Of a stretch of 64,000 nucleotides of DNA, positions 49,800 through 62,564 are shown piece after piece; position 1 is the stretch's first letter; the number at the start of each line of letters is the position of its first letter. The stretch is from the NCBI GenBank assembly GCA_030390025.1, contig CM059432.1, positions 54,624,001 to 54,688,000 on the forward strand, in the 5' to 3' direction. The notes under the pieces are model-generated. The model searched no databases and was not told where the DNA came from. It saw only the letters and a list, made by a program, of their open reading frames with translations. Source of the DNA: Squalus acanthias. Lineage: Eukaryota. Made by a program: the position numbers and the translations under genes.

Positions 49800-52273
49800 G
49801 GGGGTAATTTTAACCCCAAAAAATGGGTGGGTTTGGGTCGGGTGGAGGTTAAAGTGTTAGAAATCTGAATCCCACCTCCAACCTGCCCATTCCAGCTTTA
49901 ACGAAGGGGGACGGGGGGGCAGGCGGCCAACCCACTCCAAGCAGGCGGGTTTGCACTTTAAATATTATAATGAGGTTGCTTGCCTCATTTTGAAGTACTA
50001 TTTTAAATATAACTCTGGGCGGCCGGGTTTCCCGGGCTTTGCAGACACCAGCTCAGAATATGGCTCTGTGCGGAATTTAGAGGGGCGTGTAAAGGCGGGA
50101 TCTGCACATGGTGAGGCACCGGGCATGAGTGGACTGCACCAAGGCCAGGAGGAAAGGATAGCTCGGGGGCCAGCTCCCCAGAGGGCAAGTTCACGCATGG
50201 GTTCTGTTGCACACGACTCAGATGATGGCCTCGATGGGGCAGCCTTCAGAAGAAGGGTGATGGACATGTGCACGGAAATGCTAGGTTCAATGGCAAGCCT
50301 GCCAGCGAGCCTCTTGTCACTGTCAAGGAGCACGGAGGAGTCCGGCTCCAACATTGGACAGGGCTTTGTGCAGAGCTTGGAGCCCATGATTTCCAGGGGG
50401 AGCACTGCATAGGAGCACTAGAGTAGGTAAAGGCACACGAACGACAGGTACTAAGGGAATGCACAAGGGTGATTAGTTGATATTGTAATGTTGATTGGAT
50501 TCTGATAAATTTATGATTTTTGTTTGGAATGTGTGTTTTGTGGTGGCTCTCACTTCAGCTTTGTGCCCAGGAGGACACTGTGATATACGATGACAGAGGG
50601 ATGGTATGATGGGGATGTGGTTGATGGGGAAGTGGTGAGCAACAGGGATCTGGGGTTTCATTCACTGGAATTGGAGTCTGATGAGGCGCTCACGGACAGC
50701 CCGTCCTAACGGGGATTTGTTGCCTGCCTCCTCCCTCGCCCTTGTCCTCGTCCTCCTCTCCCTCCTCCTCCTCCTGAGGTGGCAAGGGCTGCGCCCTCAT
50801 GCTGGCCAAGTCATGAAGCATGCAGCAGACCACCACAAAATGGGACACCCACTCCACCGAGTACTGGAGGGCTCCTCCCGAGCAGTCAGGGGAACGGAAC
50901 CATTGCTTGAGCACCCCGATGGTCTGCTCGATGATGTTCTTGGTGGCAGCGAGGCTCTCATTATATGAATGCTAGGCACGAGTGGTGGGGTTACAGAGGG
51001 GAGTCATCATCCAGGTGCAGAGCAGATAGCCCTTGTCTCCGAGCAGCCACTGTCGGGTTTGACGTGGTGGCTGGAAGATTGCTGGCACACCGGACTGGTG
51101 CAGGATGAAGGCATCATGACTACTGCCAGGATAGCGGGCATTCACCATCATGATGTGCTGGGCATGGTCGCACAACAACTGCACATATAGTGAGTGATCA
51201 GCCTTAGCAGTTACGGAAGATCTCAGGATTGGTAGTTGGTGCCCTCAAAGCCACGTGGGTGCAGTCGATGGTGCCCTGCACCATGGGGAAGCCCGCTATC
51301 CTGGCAGAGCCACATGCGCACTCCTCCTGCTTCTCTCTGTTCAGAGAGAAGACAATGTAATCCCTTCTGGAGTAGAGAGCCTCTGTGACCTCCCAGATGC
51401 AGTGATGGATGGCAAACTTGGAGATGTTAACTACGTCTCCTGCTGCAGACTGGAAGGATCCGCTGGTGAAGAAATTGAAGGGCACAGTGATCTTGAGGGC
51501 CACTGCTCTGAGGCTGCAGGTCTGGTTGCAGGAGGTGGCAGTGTTCTGTGACCACCTCCTTGGTGAAGCGGAGCCTCCTAATACACTGCTCCTCGCTTAA
51601 GTGGAAGTAAGAGAAGTGCTCCAGAAGACTCTAGTTGAGTAAGGCCTCCTGTTGAGAGCTCTCCTGGCCCTCCTCCTCCTCCCTCTGTGTGCATCTTCTC
51701 CTCTTATTCACTGCCTCCCCTCCCTCTCTCGAAGATACTCTAGCGCGAGGGGGACTGGAAGTAGAGCTCCCATGACTGTGAGCAAGTGGTGTGAGCAGAA
51801 GCCTTTAAATGAGAATGAAGGTGTTCTCCACTTGCACCCACACTCCCTGTGACCTCAGGAACTTTGAAAAAGTTTTGAAAGCTGCAAGAGTTGCAGAAAG
51901 TTAGAGTAAGTCAATCTGAGAAACCATGTCAGCTGCAAATTGTTGCCAATGATCCCTTTAAATATCGCTGCTGGAGTCTCCCTCCTGCTGCTGAACATTT
52001 GGTCAGCTGGTCATGATTAAGATAGGGCGGTAAGTGGAGCGACAACAGTGAAAATGGCAGATAGTGCATCAAGTGAGTGTTGCACACTCATTAATTTCAT
52101 GATCTACCGCATTTCCATTTCTGCAGGGAGCGAAGGCAATGGCAGCGCTGCCGACCTGCTGAAAATGGTGGCCGCCACGGGACCCGCCAGAAGAGGGCGG
52201 AAACAAGGCAGCCGCCATTTTTTCTTCAAAATGGGCCTTAACAGCTGGCGCTAAACCCCCAAATTTCTAGGCC
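49800..52273 (-). mobile_element. Harbinger element, probably composite, with transposase pseudogene at ~50680-51775
   Basis: FNFFTSGSFQ, MVQGTIDCTHVALRAP, YPGSSHDAFIL, LLGDKGY, CCMLH; termini ggggtaatttt and aaatttctaggcc, no matching TSD. Confidence 0.8.
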
Positions 52274-53049
52274 ATAGACTTCATCCTTAGTTACCTCAAC
52301 ACCATTCATGGATTATGCATGTTGCCCAGTTTTCCTTCCAATATCTGGTACTTTAAATTGTATCTGTATTATCTTTCATTCCTAACCTCCTACTTCTCAA
52401 TGCTCAGTTGAAGGAGGGTGCAAAATTGCTGGCTGGTGCTTTCATAGAATCATAGAATGGTTACAGCACAGAAGGACGCCATTCAGCCCATCGAGCCCGT
52501 GCCGGCTCTCTGCAAGAGCACTTCAGCTAATCCCACTCCCACGCCCTTTCCCCGTAGCTCTGAATTTTTTTTTCCTTCAGGTACTTATCCAATTCCCTTT
52601 TGAAAGCCACGATTGAGTCTGCCTCCACCACCCTTTCAGGCAGTGCATTCCAGATCCTAACCACTCGCTGCGTTAAAATGTTTTTCCTCATGTCGTTTTG
52701 GTTCTTTTGCCAATAAAATTAAATCTGTGTCCTCTGGATCTTGACCCTCCCGCCAATGGGAACAGTTTCTCTCTATCTACTCTATCTAGCCCCCTCATGA
52801 TCTCGAACACCTCTATCAAATCACCTCTCAACCTTCTCTGCTCTAAGGAGAACAACCCCAGCTTCTCCAGTCTACCACGTAACTGAAGTCCCTCATCCCT
52901 GGAACCATTCTCGTAAATCTTTTCTGCATCCTCTCTAAGGCCTTCACATCCTTCCTAAAGTGCAGTGCCCAGAATTGGACACAATACTCCAGTTGAGGCC
53001 GAACCAGTGTTTTATAAAGGTTCATAACTTCCATGCTTTTGTACTCTAT

Positions 53050-53218
53050 GGGGGTGATTTTGCCAATGGGGGCATGTTGGAAGCGGGACTGCTGCTTGTC
53101 GGGTTTCAGTCCCGCCTCCATCGACTTGTGGCCAACCCACGCTATTTTCCCTTGATTGACCTTGTTAAGCCCGCCCAGTGGGCTTAACAAGTCAAAAAGT
53201 TTTGGCAAATTCCAGCCC
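53050..53218. mobile_element. Small Harbinger-type MITE in CR1
   Basis: Imperfect TIR ggggtgattttgccaa / ttggcaaattccagccc; internal hairpin cttgttaagccc...gggcttaacaag. Confidence 0.7.
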
Positions 53219-55884
53219 TCTATTTATGAAGCCCAGGATCCCGTATGCTTTTTTAACCATATTCTCAACCTACCCTGCCACCTTCAACAATTTGTGCACA
53301 TATATCCCCAGGTCTCTCTGCTCATGCACCTCCTTTAGAATTGTACCTTTTAGTTTATATTGCCTCTCCTCATTCTTCCTACCAAAATGTATCACTTCAC
53401 ACTTTTCTGCGTTAAATTCCATCTGCCACGTGTCCGCCCATTTCACCAGCCTGTCGATGTCTTCTTGAAGTCTATCACTATCCTCCTCACTGTTCACTAT
53501 ACTTCCAAGTTTTGTGTCACCTGCAAATTTTGAAATTGTGCCCAGTACACCCAAGTCCAAGTCATTAATATATATCAAGTAAAGCAGTGGTCCTAGTACT
53601 GACCCCTGGGGAACAGCACTGTATACCTTCCTCCAGTCTGAAAAAAAAATGTTCACCACTATTCTTTGTCCTGTCACTTAGCCAATTTCATATCCATGCT
53701 GCCACTGTCCCTTTTATTCCATGGGCTTCAACTTTGCTGGCAAGCCTATTATGTGGCACTTTATCAAACGCCTTTTGGAAGTCCATGTACACCACGTCAA
53801 CCGCATTGCTCTCATCAACCCTCTCTGTTACCTCATCAAAAAACTCGATCAAGTTAGATAAACACGATTTGCCTTTAACAAATCAGTGCTGGCTTTCCTT
53901 AATTAATCCACACTTGTCCAAGTGACTGTTAATTTTGTCCCTGATTATCGTTTATAAAAGCTTCACCACTACCAAGGTTAAATTGACTGGCCTGTAGTTG
54001 CTGGGTTTATCCTTACACCCTTTTTTGAACAAGGGTGTAACATTTGCAATTCTCCAGTCGTCTGGCACCACCCCTGTATCCAAGGAGGATTGGAAGATTA
54101 TGGCCAGTACCTCTGCGATTTCCTCCCTCAATTCCCTCAGCATCCTAGGATGCATCCCAGAATTGGACACAATACTCCAGTCCTGGTGACTTATCTACTT
54201 TAAGAACAGCCAGCCTTTCTAGTACCTCCTCTTTATCAATTTTTAGCCCATCCAGTATCTCAACTACCTCCTCTTTCAATATGACTTAGGCAGCATCTTC
54301 TTCATTGGTGAAGGCAGACACAAAGTACTCATTTAGTACCTCAGCCATGCCCTCTGCCTCCAAGCGTAGGTCTCCTTTTTGGTCCCTAATCGGCCCCACC
54401 CCTCCTCTTACTATCCGTTTACTATTTATATGCCCATAGAAGACTTTTGGATTCCCTTTTATGTTAGCTGCCAATCTATTGACATACTATCTCTTTGCCC
54501 CTCTTATCTCCTTTTTCACTTCCCCTCTGAACTTTCTATATTCAGCCTGATTCTCACTTGTATTCTCAACCTGAATACGCTCTCTTTTTCTGCTTCATCT
54601 TCCTCTCTATCTCTTTCGTCATCCAGGGAGCTCTGACTTTGGTTGCCCTACCTTTCCCCCTCGTGAGAATGTACTTCGACTGTACCCAAACCATCTCCTC
54701 TTTAAAGGCAGCCCATTATTCGATTACAGTTTTGTCTGCCAATCTTTGATCCCAATTTACCCGGGCTAGATCCATTCTCAACCCACTGAAATTGGCCTTC
54801 CTCCAATTAAGTACTTTTACTCTAGTTTGCTCCCTGTCCTTTTTCATAGCTAATCTAAACCTTATGATACTATGATCACTGTTCCCTAAATGTTCACCTA
54901 CTGACACTTGCTCCACTTGACCCACCTCATTCCCCACACACTTCAGAAATTCTTCCCCCTCTCTGCCCTTTACACTATTACTATTCCAGTGTATATTAGG
55001 ATAGTTGAAGTTCCCCATTATCACTACAATATAGTTCTTGCGCCTCTCTGTACTTTCCGTACATATTTGCTCCTCTATATCCTCCCGACTAGTTGGTGGC
55101 CTATAGAATACACCTAGTAGTGTAATGGCAGCTCTATTGTTTCTTAACTCTAACCAAATAGAGTCTGTCCTTGACCCCTCCAGGACATCCTCTCTCTCCA
55201 GCACTGTAACATTCTCCTTAACCAATACTGCCACCCCACCTCCTTTCTTTCCTTCCCTATACTTCCTGAACACCTTCTATCCAGGAGTATTTAGTATCCA
55301 ATCCTGCCCTTTTTTGAGCCAGGTCTCCATTATCACCACCACATCATATTCCCACGTGTCTATTTGCGCCTGCAGCTCACCAACCTTATTTCCCATGCTT
55401 TGTGCATTTACACACATGCGCTTTAAAACTATCTTAGACCTTCTTGTATTCTCTCTTAGTCTGACCCCACCTAATAACTTACTATTTCTTACTCTAGTGA
55501 TATCTGTCTCTCCCAATACATTGTGCACCTTGTTTCTCCTTTCTAATGCTACATCCTGCTGCCCATCCCCCTGCCAAATGAGTTTAAACCCTCCCCAAAA
55601 GCACGAGCAACCCCCACCCCCCACGAGGATATTGGTTCCAGCTCTGTTGAGGTGAAACCCGTCCAGCCTGTACAGGGACCACCTCCCCAGGAACTGGTCC
55701 CAATGTCCCAGGAATCTAAAGCCCTCCCTCCTGCACCATGTCTCCAGTCACGCATTCATCTTTGCTATCCTCCTATTTCTATAATCACTAGTTCGTGGCA
55801 CCGGGAGTAATCCGGAGATTACTACCTTTGAAGTCCTGCTTTTTAATCTCTTTCCTAGCTCCCTAAAATCTGCCTGCAGGACCT

Positions 55885-57201
55885 TGAAGGGATTATTACT
55901 AGTCCTAGCCCCTTTAGGGCTACCCCAGATCAGGCGTATTCCCCAGACGTTCACTTTCAGCTAAAGTTTGAGGTAGCCGAATCCTAAAGACACTTAATTG
56001 GGTCTAAAGGTCCGGACTATCTCTCCCTAAAGGAAAGGAACAACCTGAAGATGTTACCGTCCTCCAGATAGCACTTTTAATAAGTTTAGCTAGACTGTAA
56101 CATTCCAGATATTATGAGGGTCCGGAAAACTCCCTCAGAATTCTGCAACTCCTCACCAAAGAGCGTACAGAGATTGAGTTTGCAAGTTTGATACAGAAGT
56201 ATTATGTGAGACAATTCTAAAAATATATAGATTTATTAAAGAACCGACATGCAATTACAGTAGGTGTTTCAATCGCAACATTAACAGTTCCAAAAAGAGA
56301 AAGCTTATAATTCTTATTATCAGATCTTAACTTCGCTACAGTTTTACAGTTCTCAGTCTTATTCTAGGATATCCACCAAAATCAAATACAGTACAATACC
56401 TTGATCCCCGAGGTACAAAGAGTTGGAGACTTACAGAGCCTGCCTCTGAAGCCAAGAATCGCTTTGCCCTTTACAGTGAGACTATCCTCCCATTTGAAAG
56501 TTCAATATTTATATCCTTTTTCAGTGGTATTTCCTTTGAAGTTTTCTGCTGATGTAAGCTAATTATCTCTAGTCATTTTTCTGCTGACTTCTGCTATTCT
56601 TACAGTCAGATCAGCTGGTATCAATGCAAAATTATGTCTCTACCTCAGGTGTCCCAAGCCCACCATAAAAAACAGTGTAACAGCAGGTGCATCTATTTGA
56701 TGTCATTTTTACCAAGGCCTTCTGTTTGTGTCTTTTTACAAAGTGTAAATGAAAACGCCTCAACCAGGGTGATCTATGCAATTCTTAGTCACCTCAGCTG
56801 GTTGTAACACAGAATCGTGTCTCTCCTCCCCTCTAGGTATTCCAAGTTCAACACAAAAATGGTTTGACAGCAGGTGTTTCTTTTACTTGATGTCATTTTT
56901 ATGAAGGCATATGTTTCTTAATTTTATGTGCCTGTTTACGAAGTGTAACTTAGAACACCTTAACAGGGTGTACCATTGTCTGCTCCCAAAGATTCAGACC
57001 GTCGGGAGCCTTTAACCTTCTGTTTCAATAAGGTTATTGATTCAGTGTCAACAACTTATCTTATCTCAATAGCCTGAATGCTGTTAACAGTTTTAGATTG
57101 TTAGGCCTTCAGATTTCCAAACCCAGTTTGTTATGTTTTAATAAGGCCAGAATTCTTTCATAGAATGGTGTATTTTTCTGAATATGGCTTATTCCTTCAC
57201 A
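55885..57201 (-). mobile_element. Solo LTR (1317 bp) (LTR-D) inserted in CR1 ORF1
   Basis: tgaagg...ccttcaca termini; TSD ACCT; minus-strand TATAAATA near 56510 and AATAAA near 56235; esterase frame rejoins across it. Confidence 0.88.
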
Positions 57202-58014
57202 ACCTCATCCCTCTTTTTACCTATGTCATAGATACCGATATGGACCACGCCCTCTAGCTGTTCACCCTCCCCCCTCAGAATGTTCTGCAGCTGCTCAGCG
57301 ACATCCTTGACCCTGGCATCAGGGAGGCAACATACCATCGTGGAATCACGTCTGCGGCCACAGAAACGCCTGTCTGTTCCCCTAACTATCGAATCCCCTA
57401 CCACTATTGCTTCCCTGATCTTCCTCCTCCCACCCCTTTCCCCACCCCACCCCCCATATAGCTGAGCCACCTGTGGTGCTGTGGATTTGGCTCTGGCTGT
57501 ACTTCCCAGAGGAACCATTGCCCTCACCAATACCGGTTGGAGAGCAAGATGCAGTCAGGGGACTGCTGCACTACCTGCCTGGTCCTCCTTGTCTGTCTGG
57601 CAGTCACCCATTCCCTCTCTGCCTGCACACTCTTACACTGCGGGGTGACCTGAAACATGCTATCCACGTAGCTCTCAGCCTCATGGATGTACCGCAGTGA
57701 CACCAGCTGCTGCTCAAGCTCTGAAACCTGGAGTTTGAGCTCCTCCAGCCGACGGCACTTCCTGCACACGTGGTTGTCCAGGACGCTGGAAGAGTCCTGG
57801 AGTTCCCACATGGCACAAGATGTGCATTCCACGGGACTGAGGTGTCCTGCAATGCCTCTATTTATTCGACTATTAACTAACTTACAGAAATAAACTTAAG
57901 ACTAAGGGGGAAAAATTCGTGATCGCCAGCAAAGTTGCCGGTGTTACCAGCAACTGCAATTAACGGCCGCTGGAAATGGCTGCAACACTAACCGAGTGAA
58001 ATTGGTCTGGGGGG

Positions 58015-60055
58015 AATAAGAACATAAGAACATAAGAAATAGGAGCAGGAGTAGGTCATTTAGCCCATCGAGCCTGCTCCGTCATTCAATAAGATCATGG
58101 CTGGTCTTCTACCTCAACTCCACTTAACTGCACTATCCCCATATCCCTTGATTCCCTTAATATCCAAAAATCTATCGATCTCTATCTTGAATATACTCAA
58201 CGACTGAGCCTCCACAGCCCTCTGGGGTAAAGAATTCCAAAGATTCACCACCCGATGAGTGAAGAAATTTCTCCTCATCTCAGTCCTAAATGGCCGGCCC
58301 CTTATTCTGAGACTGTGACCCCTGGCTCTAGACTCCCCAGTGAGGGGAAACATCCTTCTTGCATCACCCTGTCAAGCCCTGTAAGAATTTTGTATGTTTC
58401 AATGAGATCACCTTTCATTCTTCTAAACTCCAGAGAATATAGGCCTAGTCTACTCAATCTCTCCTCATCCCAGGAACCAGTCTGGTGAACCTTCGTTGCA
58501 CTCCCTCTATGGCAAGAAAATCCTTCCTTAGGTAAGGAGACCACAACTGTACACAATACTCCAGGTGTGGTCTCACCAGGGCCCTATATAATTGCAGTAA
58601 GACATCTTTACTCTTATACTCAAATCCTCTTGTAATAAAGGCCAACATACCATTTGCTTTCTTAATTGCTTGCTTTACCTGCATGTTAACTTTCAATGAT
58701 TCATGTACAAGGACACCCAGGTTCCTCTGAACATCAACATTTCCCAATCTCTCACCATTTAAAAAATACTCTGCTTTTCTATTTTTCCTACCAAAGTGGA
58801 TAACTTCACATTTCTCCACATTATATTCCATTTGCCATGTTCTTGCCCAATCACTTAGCCTATCTATATCCCCTTGAAGCCTCTTTGCATCCTTTGCATC
58901 CTCCTTAAAACTTACATTCCCGCCCAGCTTTGTATCATCAGCAAACTTGGATATATTGGACCAAACATTCGGGTCTCCACGGGTGAGTACGTGCTGTGTA
59001 CTCACCCGTAGACCCAATGAAAGTGCCGGTTTCGCGCATGCACTGCGCATGTGCTGGAAACCGGAACTTCTGTTCCCTTGAAGGAAGGGGTTCGGAGGTC
59101 AAATGCGTGCGCCGGAGAGGCAGCGCGCACGCAGCGAACTTCGGGGTTTTTTTCAGGTTTCTCCGTGAGGGTACGTATGAAGAAGCTGCGCAGGAAAAAA
59201 GGAGGCGCAAGGCCTGCTTTTAACAAGGTAAGTGATGAATTAAGTACAATTTAAACATTTTTTCAACAGGTTTATCTTCTTTACATACTTTAAAGAAAGG
59301 TAAGTTTATTTTTAGCACCGTTAAAAAGTGTAATTAATTTTTTCAAAAATTTTAATTTTTGTTTAAAGTAGTTAATTTATGTAATTTATAGTTATTTTAA
59401 AAATGGGATTTTTTTTAAATTTATTTGAAGTTTTAGTGAGGTTTTGGGGCCGATCTCTATTCATAGATTTGACAGGCCTTCCTGTCCGATTGGCTCTCCG
59501 TGGCCCACGTGATCCCAGGGGACACTTCGAACTAACTGTGCCCCTGGGATACACAAGCACTGCGTGCCGGCAGCTGCAGGAGGCCCAGGAGCTGAATTTC
59601 ACGCGGGCCCAAAGCACAACGGCAGGCGCGTTAGGTAAGTACACGCGCGGTCCTTGCACCTGCGGGAAGCCGGAGAGCCGAATTTCTGGCCCATTACATT
59701 TAGTCCCCTCATCCAAATCATTGATATAGATTGTGAATAGCTGAGGCCCAAGCACTGATCCTTGCGGTACCCCACTAGTTACAGCCTGCCAACCCAAAAA
59801 TGACTCGTTTATTCCTATCTCTGTTTTCTGTCCGTTAACCAATCCTCAATCCATGCTAGTATATTACCCCCAAACCCATGAGCCCTAATTTTGTTTAATA
59901 ACCTCTTGTGTGGCACCTTATCGAATGCCTTCTGAAAATCCAAATACACCACATCCACTGGTTCCCCCTTATCTAATCTGCAAGTTACAACCTCAAAAAA
60001 CTCTAACAGATTCGTCAAACATGATTTCCCTTTCATAAATCCGTGTTAACTCTGC
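58015..60055 (-). mobile_element. 5'-truncated CR1 LINE with MITE
   Basis: RT motifs; tail (ttcttatg)n. Confidence 0.93.
58958..59692. mobile_element. Harbinger-type MITE in CR1 RT
   Basis: TIR ggaccaaacattcgggtctcc / ggagagccgaatttctggccc; TSD ATT (58955-57, 59693-95). Confidence 0.88.
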
Positions 60056-61795
60056 CAGGAGATAGGTGGCGCAGCACTCATCTTCCATGCAATGCCATCC
60101 TGGAGGGATCATGATGAAGTTCCTGTCCAGGTCCGGCATTGCAGCCTCCCACAGCCTCTGTGAGTGAAGCTGTGGAGCTCGCAAGGAATTGTGGGCAATG
60201 AAGAGGTTTGAGAATTAAAGGGGCCATGCACACTGAAGCAATACAAAATAAAACGCAGTGAATCAATACATTTTTCAGCCCTTTCTGCCTTTTAAGAAAT
60301 ATTCAACATTTAAAAAAAGTTCCAAATGTGAATATTCAGCTATTAAAGCTGAATTACCTTCCTAACCTCAACAAATGGGAAAACTGCCTCAGTACTAACA
60401 CAATGGCTCAGCAAGCCAGGGAAGGGGCACCAAGGATCACAAATACAGCACTCCAGCTTTGTGCAGGGGAACAACACTGCGAGAGCTGCCCTCTACCCAC
60501 AGGGGCCAGGAGGCCCTCCAGAAAGAATGATGTGGGAGTACAACACTAAGGCCGTCACTGCCAGCAGTGTTGCCCCCACCACCTGGTTCCAGTGCCCAAA
60601 GAAGCTTCATGACCTCAGACCACTGGTCAAGGTCAGTGAATGCATCTTCAAAAGCCGTCTCCTACCAACTGCACCACTAGCCTCACACACTGCTCAATGC
60701 ACAACCCCCAATCACTCACCTACCAACAATCTGCACCAATCACGAGGTACATCTCCCATTCCTAGCCTCACCTCACCTCCTTGGAGGAGACGGTGTAGGC
60801 CATTCTTGGCAGGGGCATGGTTGAGCCCTTGGCAAGAGGTGGGGCTGAAAAGATACAAGATGCAGGTATCCTCGTATGTTACCCTCCTTCTGGCATGCAC
60901 CTCTTGCTTTCCCACCCTCAGCACAACTCCACCCTTGTGCCTTCCTCATTTCACACACCCAAGAAATGCAGCCTGCCCAGCCAGTGGGTCAACAAGAAGA
61001 GGCAGCCTGCCCAACCAGTGGGACCGCAGGCAGATGATTCTATCCTGGATATCCCAGCCACAAAGGGCTGTCTGGGATGCATCCTTCCATCTGATTCCTC
61101 CTCTTTGGCTTCCTCCTCTTCTGCATCTTCCTCTTCTGTGTCTTCCTCTTCCCTCTGCAAGCGGATGCTGTAAATGTGAAATGACAGCATAAAATGCTAG
61201 AAATACTCAGTTGGTCAGGCAGCATGTCGACCTGAGACATGAACTCTGTTTTTCTCTCCACGGATGTTGCGTGACCTGCTGAGTACTCGCAGCATGTTCT
61301 GTCTTCTCAAAGGCCTTCATTTACCATCTGAGCCCTTGCAAGCATCCAGCAGCACTCCTTACACACTTAAAAAATCTTTTCACATCTATTGCAGCAAGCC
61401 ACCACTTCAATAAAATCAAAAAAAAAACAGTCCAAACCCTTAAATTCAAACTTACCTGAATGATGTGTGTGTCCCTTTAAGAGCTGCAGACATCGCCATT
61501 GTCAGCCTGCTTGCACGCCAGGTTAACCTGGCGTGCTTAGAACCCAGTGCTGAATTCAGCGCTAGGGTCGAAGTTCACATTGGTGACGTTAAGTCGGTGT
61601 TGCATGCCGATTGACGTCACCACACTGCCATTTTTTTTTCCAGGGCGCTGCGAGTTACTGGCAGCGCAAAGTGGGAGAGGAATATGGCAGCCATCGCAGG
61701 AACCGCCACCAGCTGGCGAAAGAATGACGGCCACCATTTTATCGCCATTTCATGGCACTACAGAGTGGCAGTAAGTAGATGAATTTATAGCCCCC
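60056..61795 (+). mobile_element. Deleted Harbinger element with Myb/SANT remnant
   Basis: MAQQAREGAPRIT..., TWFQCPKKLHDL; homologous to 1-530; right end gaatttatagccccc. Confidence 0.7.
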
Positions 61796-62007
61796 TGAAT
61801 CTTAAAAGTCAGGCCTTCCTTTATCTCCAGCCACTTCTCTTGCTCTCTTACTTAAAGTCTTTATTCAAACGATTATTTATAGTTACATTATCAACTTAAG
61901 TTAGAGAAAAAAAATGTTAATACTCACCCACCAATCACCTACCTGCTGTCCTGTGATGTCACTTCTTGTTTTTTGCTGTTCTTTTGGAATTCGCCAGATT
62001 TGTACCA

Positions 62008-62362
62008 CCTCCGGTGCTGCCGACTCCTTCCGGGTCCGCGCTGTCCTCGGGTCCCGCTCTCTTTATTCTCTACCTCCGGTGCTGCCGACTCCTTCCAGGT
62101 CCGCGCTGTCCTCGGGTCCCGCTCTCTTTATTCTCCACCTCCGGTGCTGCCGACTCCTTCCGGGTCCGCGCTGTCCTCGGGTCCCGCTCTCTTTATTCTC
62201 TGCCTCCGGTGCTGCCGACTCCTTCCAGGTCCGCGCTGTCCTCGGGTCCCGCTCTCTTTATTCTCTGCCTCCGGTGCTGCCGACTCCTTCCAGGTCCGCG
62301 CTGTCCTCGGGTCCCGCTCTCTTTATTCTCTACCTCCGGTGCTGCCGACTCCTTCCGGGTCC
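62008..62362. repeat. 65-bp GC-rich tandem array (~5.5 copies), likely CR1 5' UTR monomers
   Basis: Units start at 62008, 62073, 62138, 62203, 62268, 62333; adjacent 61920-61970 resembles the CR1 5' UTR at 37720-37775. Confidence 0.85.
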
Positions 62363-62564
62363 TTTAGGTGTCTTTGGGGATTAAGGTAGCCCTCACTTCA
62401 GGGCTTTTCATGAAAGCTTGAGGACATTGAAAAGAATTAAGTTATTCTCCAGTTTGATGCACAACTGACAGCAATTATTTTTTTCATTATTTGTCTTTCC
62501 TGCTAAACAAAATATATGTTGCTTCAGATGTTTTTCCTATCTTGAGTAAGATTAACAAATCCCA

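Larger units (their letters stand above)
52444..57900 (-). mobile_element. Near full-length CR1 LINE of a second family, with nested MITE and solo LTR
   Basis: ORF1 CTSC..CRKC (57524-57832) and GDSIVR/HIG esterase; ORF2 APE (GGGVAV, YRPP, SDH) and RT; tail attctatgattctatg. Confidence 0.92.

Noticed and set aside
62008..62362. CRISPR-like array, or repeat-protein ORFs 61914-62389
   Set aside because: Units are contiguous with no unique spacers, the context is eukaryotic, and the ORFs arise only because the 65-bp unit lacks stops
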